A DNA stretch of 64,000 nt from Deltaproteobacteria bacterium (GTDB lineage: Bacteria; Lernaellota; Lernaellaia; JACKCT01): contig JACKCT010000005.1 in the NCBI GenBank assembly GCA_020633895.1, positions 1-64,000 of the forward strand, written 5' to 3'. The notes under the pieces are model-generated. The model saw nothing but the letters and a program-made list of their open reading frames with translations. It ran no database searches and was not told the DNA's origin. Below are positions 55,348 to 64,000 of this stretch, in pieces (position 1 is the stretch's first letter; every line of letters begins with the position of its first letter). A program made the position numbers and the translations under genes.

Positions 55348-56808
55348 GTGAAGCGGCTGCGGTTGCGATACGCATGGTTGGCGGTTGCCGCCGTCGTCGT
55401 TATCGCGGTGTGGGGACGTCATACGTCGGCCGACGCCGCGGACCTTTTGGACGTTTTGCTGTGCGTCGCGTTGGTGGCCGGTTGGTCGTGGTCGACTTTG
55501 AGGATTCTCGACGCGTCCATCGGCCCCGGCACGACGGAAAAGACGGACAACGGCCGACATCGTCGTCGGGTTCGGTTCGCCTCGCTGGGTCTGCCGGCGG
55601 CGTTTTTGCTCGGCGGCCTTTGGGAGGTGTCGGCATCGATGCCGTTGCCGCCGGGCCAATTCGTCGCGCTGGCAACGGCCGCGGGCGGAATTCCCGGATG
55701 GCTGTTGCTCTGGGCGTATCGGAAGAGGCTTCGATGGGATTGGATGTTGGCGGTGTGGCCCGTGTTGGCGTTGGCGGCTTCCGAGGTGTGTGCGTTGCCG
55801 GTGGCCGAAGCAACGCAAGACGGTATCGTCACCATCCATGAGGCGCCGGGTCCGGCGGCGCGCAGTCGTTGGAATATCGAACGGCACACCAATCTTTTCG
55901 GTCAATTCGATAGCGCGGATCACGTGGAGTCATCCCACGGTAAGCCTTTTCCGCTTCGTCGTCGGCCCGGTGAACGCGTCGTTGTCGCCTTGGGGTCGTC
56001 GTCCACCTACGGACAGGAACTTGCCGATCCCCGAACGCAATCCTGGCCCGCCGCCTTGCAACGGCGCTTCGGCCGCGCGGCGGCGGTGTTCAACGCCGGT
56101 GTCGGCGGGTACAACTCTTTTCAATTGACGGTCTATTATCGGGACGTGGTCAGCCGCCTGCGCCCGGACGTGCTGGTGTTTTACTACGGAGGCAACGAGT
56201 CGTTCGGTGACGTGGGCAAGCGGCTGCACCGCCGCTTTGAGCAATTGATCGACCGGTCCGGGTGTCGCGATATTTCCTGCCGTCGCATGGTGGTTCGATA
56301 CGGCACGACCGATCCGACAACGCTGGCGCTGGCGCGCGTGTTGTCGCGATCGATCCTCTATCGAAGTCTGGCGCGGGGATTCGTGGAAACCCGGTCGGGC
56401 TTGGAGAATTCGGAGAAGGATCGCCGGCCGAAGAGGGCCGATGATCCGCCGCTGATGACCACGGAACAATGCGTACGCGAGCTGGTGGGAATCACGCGAT
56501 CCTGGGGCGGGCGCATTTTGTTGGTCCCGGAGATCCGTTCCGGCGCGGGATATGCGATGCTCCCCTATCACAGGATCGAGCGTCCGGACCTGAGCGTCGC
56601 GGCGATCATGGCCCGGATTGGCCGGACGGAAGACGGAGCGGAGTTTCTGGATATTCGGCCGCGCTTCCCGCCGGAGCGTTCCGACGAGTGGTTCGCCGAC
56701 CGATCGACGCATTTCAACGCGGCCGGTTCCGCGCGCTTGGCGGACACGATCGGCGACGAGTTGGCGCGGCTGCGTTGGATGGATGCGAAGGACTCGGCGG
56801 CGCCGTGA
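55348..56808 (+). CDS. Membrane-anchored SGNH-hydrolase-like protein (N-terminal about 5 TM plus C-terminal SGNH-like domain), paralogue A
   Basis: GTG start. TM block, then …VVALGSSSTYGQ…, …VFNAGVGGYNSFQ…, …FYYGGNESFGD…, …DRSTHFNAAG…. Closely related to the next gene and to 7003..7956. Confidence 0.6.
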   Translation: MKRLRLRYAWLAVAAVVVIAVWGRHTSADAADLLDVLLCVALVAGWSWSTLRILDASIGPGTTEKTDNGRHRRRVRFASLGLPAAFLLGGLWEVSASMPLPPGQFVALATAAGGIPGWLLLWAYRKRLRWDWMLAVWPVLALAASEVCALPVAEATQDGIVTIHEAPGPAARSRWNIERHTNLFGQFDSADHVESSHGKPFPLRRRPGERVVVALGSSSTYGQELADPRTQSWPAALQRRFGRAAAVFNAGVGGYNSFQLTVYYRDVVSRLRPDVLVFYYGGNESFGDVGKRLHRRFEQLIDRSGCRDISCRRMVVRYGTTDPTTLALARVLSRSILYRSLARGFVETRSGLENSEKDRRPKRADDPPLMTTEQCVRELVGITRSWGGRILLVPEIRSGAGYAMLPYHRIERPDLSVAAIMARIGRTEDGAEFLDIRPRFPPERSDEWFADRSTHFNAAGSARLADTIGDELARLRWMDAKDSAAP

Positions 56809-56833
56809 TCGGCCATGAAATCGGGAGACGTGG

Positions 56834-58291
56834 ATGCCCATGAAATCGGTCGTTCGACTCGGCGCGATCGTCATCGCGTTCGGCGCGTTCGCGGCGCTCT
56901 GGGTCGCGATGTATCGGGATCCGCCGCCGATCTCCAGCTATCCGCCGATCGCCTGGCCTTATCGATACAGTTTCGTGGCGTTGGTCGGCGCCGTTGCGCT
57001 GATGCGCTGGCTGGTCGGCGGTCTGGTCGTCGGCGAAGTCTCCGAATCGCGCCTGCCGGTCGCGGCCGTTCTTTTGGGCCCCCTCGTCGGAACCCTGATC
57101 GGCGTCGTCGTTCGCTGGCGGGGGTGGGGCGATCCTTATTCCCCGGCGCTGATCGTCGCGTTGTCGGCAACCGCGTCCGGACTGACTTTCTGGGCCTTCT
57201 TGATCCGGCGACGCAAGTCCTTGCGCTTCGACGCCGCGCTCCTGCTTTGGCCCATCCTCGTTTTTGTCCTGGCGGAAATGTGCGCCGTTACCTTTCGGAT
57301 CGAAGTGGCGCCCGAGCCGCCGGAGATGCGGGAAGTCCGTGGCGGCAAGTTGCGTTGGCGGATTGCCAAGGACACGAACCTGAGCGGGCGCTACGACGAC
57401 GCCCATTTGATTCCGGATGCGTTCGATGAACTCGTGCCCGTCAATCTTCCGAAGAAGACGCGCATTGTCGCGTTGGGCACGTCGTCCACTTATGGACAGG
57501 GGCTGGCGGATCCGGCCCACGAAGCCTGGCCCGCGGCGCTGGAACGGGATCTGCCGGAACGGTACACGGTCTTTAACGCCGGGTGCGGCGGGTATAATTC
57601 TTTTCAACTCCTGCTGTACTACCAGCAGGTGCTCGTGCGTCTGAGCCCAAGCGTCGTTGTTTTTTACTACGGCGGCAACGAGGCTTTCGGCGATGAGGGC
57701 AAGCCGGTTTACGCTCGCCTGCAAAAGCTGCTCGACGAGTCCAAGTGTGAAAGCGTCGAGTGCCGACTGGATGTCATCCGTTACGGCTCGCCGAGCCGGT
57801 TGGGTCGGCTGCTCTCCAAGGGAATCGAACGGTCCATCCTGCTCGATGCCTATCGCCAGTCGCTTCTGAATTTCATCGACCAGATTCGGTACGCCGAGCG
57901 GCGTCGCACCGGCAAATTAAGTCCCGTCCGCTTGCCTCCGCTGCCTTTGGAGATTCTTGGATCGTTGGCCGAGGCGACCGAGGCCGGGGGAACGCGCCTG
58001 CTGCTTGTTCCGGAGGTCGGTCGTCCCAATATATTCGCCGGCACCGGGAAAAAAGACGGTGAGCAGGCTGCGGCCCGAGAACCGGACTTCATGGCCCAAG
58101 TCGCCGCCGAGCATCCCCACGTGGAATATTTCGACGTCCGCTCGATCTTTTCGCCGGAAGCGGCAAACCGCCTCTTTATCGACACGACGCACCTGACCGC
58201 CGAAGGTTCGACGCGTCTGGCACGGGCAATCGGCGAGAAACTGCGTTCGCTGGGTTGGATTGAGGATGAAAAAACGCCGCCGGGCTCGTGA
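56834..58291 (+). CDS. Membrane-anchored SGNH-hydrolase-like protein, paralogue B
   Basis: Same architecture (…VALGTSSTYGQ…VFNAGCGGYNSFQ…FYYGGNEAFGD…DTTHLTAEG…); 485 aa. Confidence 0.6.
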   Translation: MPMKSVVRLGAIVIAFGAFAALWVAMYRDPPPISSYPPIAWPYRYSFVALVGAVALMRWLVGGLVVGEVSESRLPVAAVLLGPLVGTLIGVVVRWRGWGDPYSPALIVALSATASGLTFWAFLIRRRKSLRFDAALLLWPILVFVLAEMCAVTFRIEVAPEPPEMREVRGGKLRWRIAKDTNLSGRYDDAHLIPDAFDELVPVNLPKKTRIVALGTSSTYGQGLADPAHEAWPAALERDLPERYTVFNAGCGGYNSFQLLLYYQQVLVRLSPSVVVFYYGGNEAFGDEGKPVYARLQKLLDESKCESVECRLDVIRYGSPSRLGRLLSKGIERSILLDAYRQSLLNFIDQIRYAERRRTGKLSPVRLPPLPLEILGSLAEATEAGGTRLLLVPEVGRPNIFAGTGKKDGEQAAAREPDFMAQVAAEHPHVEYFDVRSIFSPEAANRLFIDTTHLTAEGSTRLARAIGEKLRSLGWIEDEKTPPGS

Positions 58292-58319
58292 CCCGACGGC
58301 GCCTGATGCCGGTCGCTAC

Positions 58320-60419
58320 TTAGCGCTTGTAGGTGAAGGTGTAGCCGCCGACTTCCATGGTGTCGCCTTCCTTGACGAAGGTTTCGGCCATCTCGACCCC
58401 GTTGAGCTTGACGTTCTCCACCTCCACGTCCGGTTTGCGGACCCGCAGGCGGCCTTCACCGCGCAGCAGCACCAGTTCGAAGGCGATCACCGGAATGCCG
58501 GTGCCCCGAATCTGCCAGTCGCAGGCCGGGCCGCTGCCGACGCGGAAGACGTCCGTGACGATTTCCTTGAGGTCGAGTGTCTTTCCGTCGTTCTCGCCGG
58601 TCGGGCTGGAGAGCTGCGTCAGCTTGCCGCCGACTTCGCCGATTTGAGGCGGCTTATAAAGCACCTTGACGGCCACGAGCACGACGATCAGCAGAAAGAC
58701 CAGGAATCCGCCGGCGATGCCCAGATAAAGGGGCGTGTCGCTCTTGGCCTGGTAGGCGAAACTGGCGCGATACATGCGCTCGCTGCCGTCGCCGAAGACC
58801 ACGTTGTCCTTTTTCGAACTCAAGGTGAGGTTGGCGGTGTAGGTGCCCGGACTCCGGGGATGGCGAACCTGGACCCGATAGCTGCCCGGTTCGATCTTGG
58901 CCCCGTCGCTCAAGGGTTCTCCCCGGGGATTGACCACCCGCACCAGATTCGGATCGAAGCGCACCTGCACGTCCATTTCCGAGGCGGCGAAATCCTCGGC
59001 CTTGAAGGTCAGGGTCCCGTCGGAGATGGCCCCGGCCTTGATCTTACGCATGGCGAAGGGGCCCAGATCCCAGGCATTGGGCCCGACGTTCTTGGTATAG
59101 TCCCCGCCCGGCGGCGACATGGTCACGACCACGCGACTTTTGGGCGGCCGGATGGTGAGGTTGAGGTAGCTGAGCATCTCCGGCGAACCGGAGAGGAAGA
59201 ACATGGGATTGGCGCCCTTGGCGGTGAACACCAGTTTGACCGTCACCGAGGTCGTTTCGTTGTCGATGAGCGCCTGCACGCCCTTCAGGCGCGTGTTGAG
59301 TTGTTGGTCGATATGATCGAAGGGCGGGTAGAGCATGGAGTTGACCTCGATGCTCGCGCCCTTGGGGAGGCGGCCCAGCGGTGTGTCCAGTACCTGCACT
59401 TCCACCGATTCGGCTTCGCCCCCGATCGCCACGTCCCCGATCGCCAGGGGCAGCGCGCCTTCGATCAATTGGGATTTGTCCTCCAGGCTCTCGGAGATGG
59501 AGAACGAGGTGCGCGACAGGCGCAGCATCTTGTCCACGGCCATCAGGTCGGCGAACTTGCTGATCGCCACTCCCGGACTCGTGCCGGCGACGCGTTTTTC
59601 GTCGCGCATTTCCTGGTTCATTTTGTTGTCGGGCACCGGGCCCTCGACATAGACCTTGTTGAACCAGAACCGGTCGTCCATCTCCCCCCGATGCAGCGCC
59701 ACGCCCTGGATGATGTGGGCGAAGGTGGTCGAGCGCATGCCGTTGGGCGAGTCGGTGTAGACATTCAGCCGATGCAGGTGCTTGCGGACGTAGTCCAGGC
59801 GCTCGTTGCGTTCGTCGGGCACCAAATGGCGCAGGAAGTCCAACCCGGCGATGCCCGCGTCATAGACGCCGGAGGTAATCAGATCGCGCTTGAGCGACGC
59901 CCGGAAGAAGCCGGGCCAGGGTTCGGACTTGCCGATCTCGGGGGTGTATTGGGGCAGCAGCGTCGACTGTGCCGGCGGCACGGCCACCTCTTCCGGACTG
60001 CGGGGCGCGGGTTTGCCGTCGGGCGAACCGTAGCGGAAGGGGTCCAGGTAGACCGCCAGGTTTTTCGCGTCCTCGTCACTGTTGATCACGAACGCTCGCC
60101 AGGGGTCGAACGGGCCCTCGTCGCCGTCGAAGTCCAGCACCGCGCGGGCGAAGGGCACGACGTACACGGTCGACGGGCGGGGCGCCGCGTTGACCTCGTT
60201 GACGATGCGCTCGATCACCGAGTCCAGCACGTCGTCGGTGCGACGGCCGCCGATGCAGTGGGGACAGCCGACCATGGAGTTGGTCACGTCCACCATGTAC
60301 ATGAGCACCGGGCCCTCGGTGGGCGCGGCCGCGTCGGCCGCCGACGCCGGCGTCGACATCCCCCAGCAGCCCCAGATCACGACCAGCGCGGCGACAAAGA
60401 TAATCAGTCTGGCTTTCAT
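58320..60419 (-). CDS. Bitopic signalling protein: signal peptide, periplasmic VWA-like plus large domain, one TM, cytoplasmic FHA domain
   Basis: The ATG at 60419 gives MKARLIIFVAALVVIWGCWGMSTPASA. A MIDAS-like …VLMYMVDVTNSM… follows, then a single TM (…LYLGIAGGFLVFLLIVVLVAVKVLY…). The C-terminal …VFRVGSGPACDWQIRG…LVLLRGEGRLRVRKPDVEVENVKLNGVE… resembles an FHA domain. Confidence 0.65.
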   Translation of the reverse strand: MKARLIIFVAALVVIWGCWGMSTPASAADAAAPTEGPVLMYMVDVTNSMVGCPHCIGGRRTDDVLDSVIERIVNEVNAAPRPSTVYVVPFARAVLDFDGDEGPFDPWRAFVINSDEDAKNLAVYLDPFRYGSPDGKPAPRSPEEVAVPPAQSTLLPQYTPEIGKSEPWPGFFRASLKRDLITSGVYDAGIAGLDFLRHLVPDERNERLDYVRKHLHRLNVYTDSPNGMRSTTFAHIIQGVALHRGEMDDRFWFNKVYVEGPVPDNKMNQEMRDEKRVAGTSPGVAISKFADLMAVDKMLRLSRTSFSISESLEDKSQLIEGALPLAIGDVAIGGEAESVEVQVLDTPLGRLPKGASIEVNSMLYPPFDHIDQQLNTRLKGVQALIDNETTSVTVKLVFTAKGANPMFFLSGSPEMLSYLNLTIRPPKSRVVVTMSPPGGDYTKNVGPNAWDLGPFAMRKIKAGAISDGTLTFKAEDFAASEMDVQVRFDPNLVRVVNPRGEPLSDGAKIEPGSYRVQVRHPRSPGTYTANLTLSSKKDNVVFGDGSERMYRASFAYQAKSDTPLYLGIAGGFLVFLLIVVLVAVKVLYKPPQIGEVGGKLTQLSSPTGENDGKTLDLKEIVTDVFRVGSGPACDWQIRGTGIPVIAFELVLLRGEGRLRVRKPDVEVENVKLNGVEMAETFVKEGDTMEVGGYTFTYKR

Positions 60420-60696
60420 CCGAGTTATCCCATGCAGATTTTGGATCAAACGACACTTTAACGACAGGTCGACCGCCGATCAACAAAGCCTCTTCGGCCG
60501 CCCCGAGGATTCTTGACGAGGCCCCCCGACCCTCCGTAGCCTGCGAGCGACGCAACATCCCCGGCAAATTCCCGCTTGCGTCCCGAGGGCGAATCGGATA
60601 GAAACGCTTTCGGGATTTGAACGAGCGTTCAAAATCGGGTAGAATTGCAGGCGAGCGACGACATCGCGCGCAACCGGAATATCGAAGGAGGGCGAG

Positions 60697-61941
60697 ATGG
60701 GCAATCTGGCGATCAACGGCGGAACGGCGCTTCGGCAGGAACCTTGGCCGGCGTGGCCGCCTTATACCGAGCGGGAAAGAGAGCTGCTGCTCACGGTGCT
60801 TGAGTCCCACAACTGGGGCGGGTATCCGTCGCCGAATTTCCAGGCCCGGCGATTCGCCGAGGAATTCGCGAAATACCACGGCGCCAAGTACGGCATCTGC
60901 GCGGCCAACGGCACGGTGACGCTGGAAATGGCCCTGCGGGCGCTCGGCGTGGAGGCGGGCGACGAGGTGATCGTGCCGTCCAACTCGTGGGTGGCCACGG
61001 CGGCGTGCGCGGTGTATCTCAACGCGGTGCCGGTGTTCGTGGACCTGCGGCCGGATAATTTCACCATCGACCACACCAAGATCGAAGCGGCCATCACCGA
61101 CAAGACCAAGGCGATTATCCCGGTGCACCTGGGCTCGTCCATCGCCGACATGGACGCGATCATGGCCCTGGCCGAAAAGCACAACGTCTTCGTCATTGAG
61201 GACTGCGCCCACATGCACGGCGGCAAATGGCGCGATCGGGGCGTGGGCTCCATCGGCCATATCGGCTCGTTCTCGTTCCAGTCCTCCAAGCTGATGACTT
61301 CCGGCGAAGGCGGCATCTGCCTGACTTCCGACAAAACCCTGGAAGAGCGCCTTCAGAGCCTGGTCAACTGCGGACGCAAGGAGCCGGGTTACGACGAATT
61401 CCCCGGGCGGGTTTTCGGCTGGAACTACCGCATCAGCGAGTTTCAGGCGGCGGTGCTGCGCGCCCAACTTGAAAAGCTCGACGAGCGCACCAAGCTTCGG
61501 GCCGAGAACGCGGCGTATCTGACGGACGAGTTGGCGAAGATCGACGGCATCGGCGTGGTGCGTCCCGACGAGCGGGTCACGCAGCCGGCCCACTATCAGT
61601 ACATCTTCACCTACGACAAATCGAAGTTCGGCGGGGTGCATCGGGATAAGTTCCTTGAAGCGGCGATGCACGAAGGGCTGAACCTGGACGGCGATTTTTA
61701 CGTGCCGATGTACGCCAACGAGTTGTTCGCGGCCAAGTCCAGCGAGTGGCCCGCGCTGCGCGACCGTTACGGCGAAGGCATCACCAAGGACTCGGCCGAG
61801 TCGCCGGTGGGTTGGGAATTCGCCCTGGAGACGGGCGTGTGGATGCATTACCCCATGCTCATGGGCACGAAGAAAGACGTGGACGACATCGTCGCGATCA
61901 TCAAGAAGATCCAGGACAATATCGGCGAGCTGGCGGGGTAG
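60697..61941 (+). CDS. DegT/DnrJ/EryC1/StrS-family PLP-dependent sugar aminotransferase
   Basis: …CAANGTVTLEMAL…, …DCAHMHGGKW…, …SFSFQSSKLMTSGEGG… (PLP-Lys block). An AGGAGG SD lies 5 nt upstream of the ATG. Confidence 0.88.
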   Translation: MGNLAINGGTALRQEPWPAWPPYTERERELLLTVLESHNWGGYPSPNFQARRFAEEFAKYHGAKYGICAANGTVTLEMALRALGVEAGDEVIVPSNSWVATAACAVYLNAVPVFVDLRPDNFTIDHTKIEAAITDKTKAIIPVHLGSSIADMDAIMALAEKHNVFVIEDCAHMHGGKWRDRGVGSIGHIGSFSFQSSKLMTSGEGGICLTSDKTLEERLQSLVNCGRKEPGYDEFPGRVFGWNYRISEFQAAVLRAQLEKLDERTKLRAENAAYLTDELAKIDGIGVVRPDERVTQPAHYQYIFTYDKSKFGGVHRDKFLEAAMHEGLNLDGDFYVPMYANELFAAKSSEWPALRDRYGEGITKDSAESPVGWEFALETGVWMHYPMLMGTKKDVDDIVAIIKKIQDNIGELAG

Positions 61942-62076
61942 CCGCCGGGACCGCGTAACACACGGATGACGGCGAGACAAGCGGCTCGCGGCTCGGACGG
62001 GATGTGGTCGGCCTCCCTCTACGACCGCTCGGCCGCCCGCTTGCCCCCCACGCGCGCCGCTTCTAAGATCGCCGAC

Positions 62077-63936
62077 ATGAAAACGGCGGACGAAGCGGCG
62101 CGTCGGCGATTCGCCCTGGGGGCGGTCACGGCGGCGGTGGTGTTGTACCTGCTGCCGTTGTTCAAGGACCCTTCGGCGCTGATGAGCCAGGACGCGTATC
62201 GCTCCCACGATTACCTTCAACAGGCGACCTACGACTTCCTCTTTCGCGACGCCCTGCTCACGCACCACCAATTCCCCTTCCGGACGCACCTCCTCGGCGG
62301 CGGCTATCCCCTCCCGGCCAACCCCCAGGACGTCACCTTCAGCCCCTTCGTCATCACCACCTTCATCCTGGGCCAGGCCCTGGGCATGAAGCTCAACATC
62401 CTGATTTTCTTCCTCATCGGCGCGACGGGGATGTTTGTCCTGGCCCGCGAGCGATTCGACGCGACCACCGGCGGCGCCCTGGTCGCGGCCGTCGCGTACG
62501 CCACGTCCGGCTGGTGGCTCTCGCGCCTGGAGTGGGGGTTCTATTTCAAGAACTACTTCCACTTCGTGCCTTGGATCTGGGTGATGCTGGAGCGGGCGTG
62601 CGAAGGCCGCCGCACGGTCTTCTGGGCTGGTTTGTTCCTGGCCGTCGTGGTCACGCAACTCGGCTTGGGGTACGCGGTCATCGGCTTCTTCTTCCTACTC
62701 TATCTGCCCCTGTCCGCCGCGCTCTCGCCCGCCAGGTCGGCCACGCCCGGCGGCGCGCTCGGGTGGCTGGTCGCCGCGTTCGGGATCAGCGTCATCTTCG
62801 CCGCGGCCAAGGTCCTCCCGATGATCGGCCTGCTCTTGGACAACGTCCGCGCCGTCGACAACTACGATCTCTACACGGGCGTGGGCGGCGGCTACCCCCA
62901 CTTCTACCAATCCGCCCGCGAGTTCCTCCTGGCCCTGGTGCAATACTCGCCGATCCCCAACCGTCCCATCGAGCCGGGCTGGATCGCGCTCGCCCTGGCG
63001 TTGGTCGGCGTGATCGCGGCGGGCCGCCGCCTGCTGGCGCTTTGGGTCGTGGGGATTTATTTCCTGCTGCTGTGCTTCGGGCCGTTTTTGCCGGTCGACC
63101 TGTTCAAGCCCCTGTGGCACCTGCCGTTTTTCCATTCGATGCACGCCCCCTACCAACTCTTTTCGTATTTTGTGCTCGTGGCGCTGTGCGTTTCCGCCGG
63201 GGTGGGGGCGTCGTGGATCGAGGAACGCCTGCCGTGGGGCTTGGGGCCTTCCCTCGGCGCGGCCTTGGCGACATTACTGCTGGCGGTGGGGATGCATTGG
63301 TCGGTGATGGGGCAAATCTTCACCGAGTGGGTGCCGAGGCTGGACCAGGCCGAGAGTTATTTTCAGGTCCAGGGGCGGGACATGGTCCGGGGGGCGCCGC
63401 GCACGCGCAACTCGCAGCAATATTTCAACGCCCTGCGCGGCGTGGGGACCATCGACTGGGACGGCGACGTCCTGCTGCCGGAGAATGTCATCCCGGCCTA
63501 TTTCGTCACTCCCGACGACAGCATGGTCCCCAACATGGATTACCCGGGCGAGGCGTGGATGTACTACGGCCAGGGGGAGGTGACGTCCGTCGAGATCACG
63601 CCCAACCGCCTCAAGGCCGCCGGCACCGCCGTGACCAACGACTTTGTCGTCTTCAATCAGAACTTCAGCCCCTACTTCGACGCGGCCGGAATGTACCGCG
63701 TGTTCGAGTTCGAGGGGCGCGTGGCGGTGGAAGTGGAGGCCGGGGATTTCGAGATCACGGTCAACTACTGGGCCTGGCCCCAGGTGTTGGGAGTGATGAT
63801 TTCGTTGCTCTCGCTGGGGGCGTTGGCCTATTTCGTCCTCACCGGCATCCAGGAAGACCGCCGCACCCCGCCGCCCTACGTCCCGCCCAACGCCCGCAAA
63901 GGGCCGGTGGTGTATCGGTTGGATGGGGACGAGTAA
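62077..63936 (+). CDS. Large polytopic membrane protein with extracytoplasmic C-terminal domain (YfhO-like / GT-C-like)
   Basis: More than 12 TM helices plus a roughly 200-aa C-terminal soluble domain. Resemblance to the YfhO family is tentative. Start taken at ATG 62077; the track ORF begins 37 codons upstream. Confidence 0.45.
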   Translation: MKTADEAARRRFALGAVTAAVVLYLLPLFKDPSALMSQDAYRSHDYLQQATYDFLFRDALLTHHQFPFRTHLLGGGYPLPANPQDVTFSPFVITTFILGQALGMKLNILIFFLIGATGMFVLARERFDATTGGALVAAVAYATSGWWLSRLEWGFYFKNYFHFVPWIWVMLERACEGRRTVFWAGLFLAVVVTQLGLGYAVIGFFFLLYLPLSAALSPARSATPGGALGWLVAAFGISVIFAAAKVLPMIGLLLDNVRAVDNYDLYTGVGGGYPHFYQSAREFLLALVQYSPIPNRPIEPGWIALALALVGVIAAGRRLLALWVVGIYFLLLCFGPFLPVDLFKPLWHLPFFHSMHAPYQLFSYFVLVALCVSAGVGASWIEERLPWGLGPSLGAALATLLLAVGMHWSVMGQIFTEWVPRLDQAESYFQVQGRDMVRGAPRTRNSQQYFNALRGVGTIDWDGDVLLPENVIPAYFVTPDDSMVPNMDYPGEAWMYYGQGEVTSVEITPNRLKAAGTAVTNDFVVFNQNFSPYFDAAGMYRVFEFEGRVAVEVEAGDFEITVNYWAWPQVLGVMISLLSLGALAYFVLTGIQEDRRTPPPYVPPNARKGPVVYRLDGDE

Positions 63937-64000
63937 GCGCCGTGGCCTGCCCGTCTGAGCCGCGCGCGTCAGCAAGCGGTCCAAGACTTACGTTGTTTCA

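Noticed and set aside
58260-60461. 733-aa plus-strand ORF
   Set aside because: Antisense to the VWA–TM–FHA gene, which has a signal peptide, a TM and recognisable domains.
60076-62658. 860-aa minus-strand ORF
   Set aside because: Antisense to the DegT aminotransferase (clear PLP-Lys motif, strong SD) and the membrane protein.

Overview
This is a high-GC (about 65-70 %) contig from a diderm (Gram-negative) bacterium, called from sequence alone. It is gene-dense and many neighbouring genes are translationally coupled: the stop of one gene overlaps the next start as ATGA, TGATG or TAATG.

Housekeeping genes: transketolase, alanine racemase, MlaE, ATP-dependent PEP carboxykinase, inorganic pyrophosphatase, an Hsp20, PcrA/UvrD helicase, an NCS2 purine permease and a rubredoxin.

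These sit inside a large envelope and glycan locus:
- a WbaP-type priming phosphotransferase;
- an unusual exopolysaccharide export module: an ExeA-like AAA ATPase fused to a BY-kinase domain with a Tyr/Gly tail, a small Wza-like exporter and a putative outer-membrane barrel;
- at least four polytopic GT-C/YfhO-like membrane proteins;
- four SGNH-hydrolase paralogues, two of them tandem and membrane-anchored;
- a DegT-family aminotransferase.

Other notable systems:
- a motA-motB-motB stator operon with no flagellar genes nearby, in which one MotB lacks the channel aspartate;
- a sigma-54-type minor-pilin operon (FimT/GspH-like, PilV-like, PilX-like) whose PilW position is occupied by a 1163-aa prepilin carrying FN3-like domains;
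- a signal-peptide/VWA/TM/cytoplasmic-FHA protein;
- an SPFH-lipoprotein/ankyrin two-gene operon;
- three secreted proteins sharing a poly-Asp 'DDDTADDDT' linker.

Intergenic regions carry a mosaic of short repeat families (MITE/REP-like). These include a roughly 110-nt nested-hairpin element with two full and three partial copies, a 213-bp element with 26-bp terminal inverted repeats that supplies the 3' end of the ankyrin gene, and a 'CAGAGCCGCGACCGTAAGGGAGCGGG' unit. Two iteron-like tandem arrays (14-nt and 16-nt periods) lie immediately upstream of secreted-protein genes.

Many long ORFs in the six-frame track are antisense artefacts of the high GC and were rejected. No CRISPR array, rRNA or tRNA gene was found.
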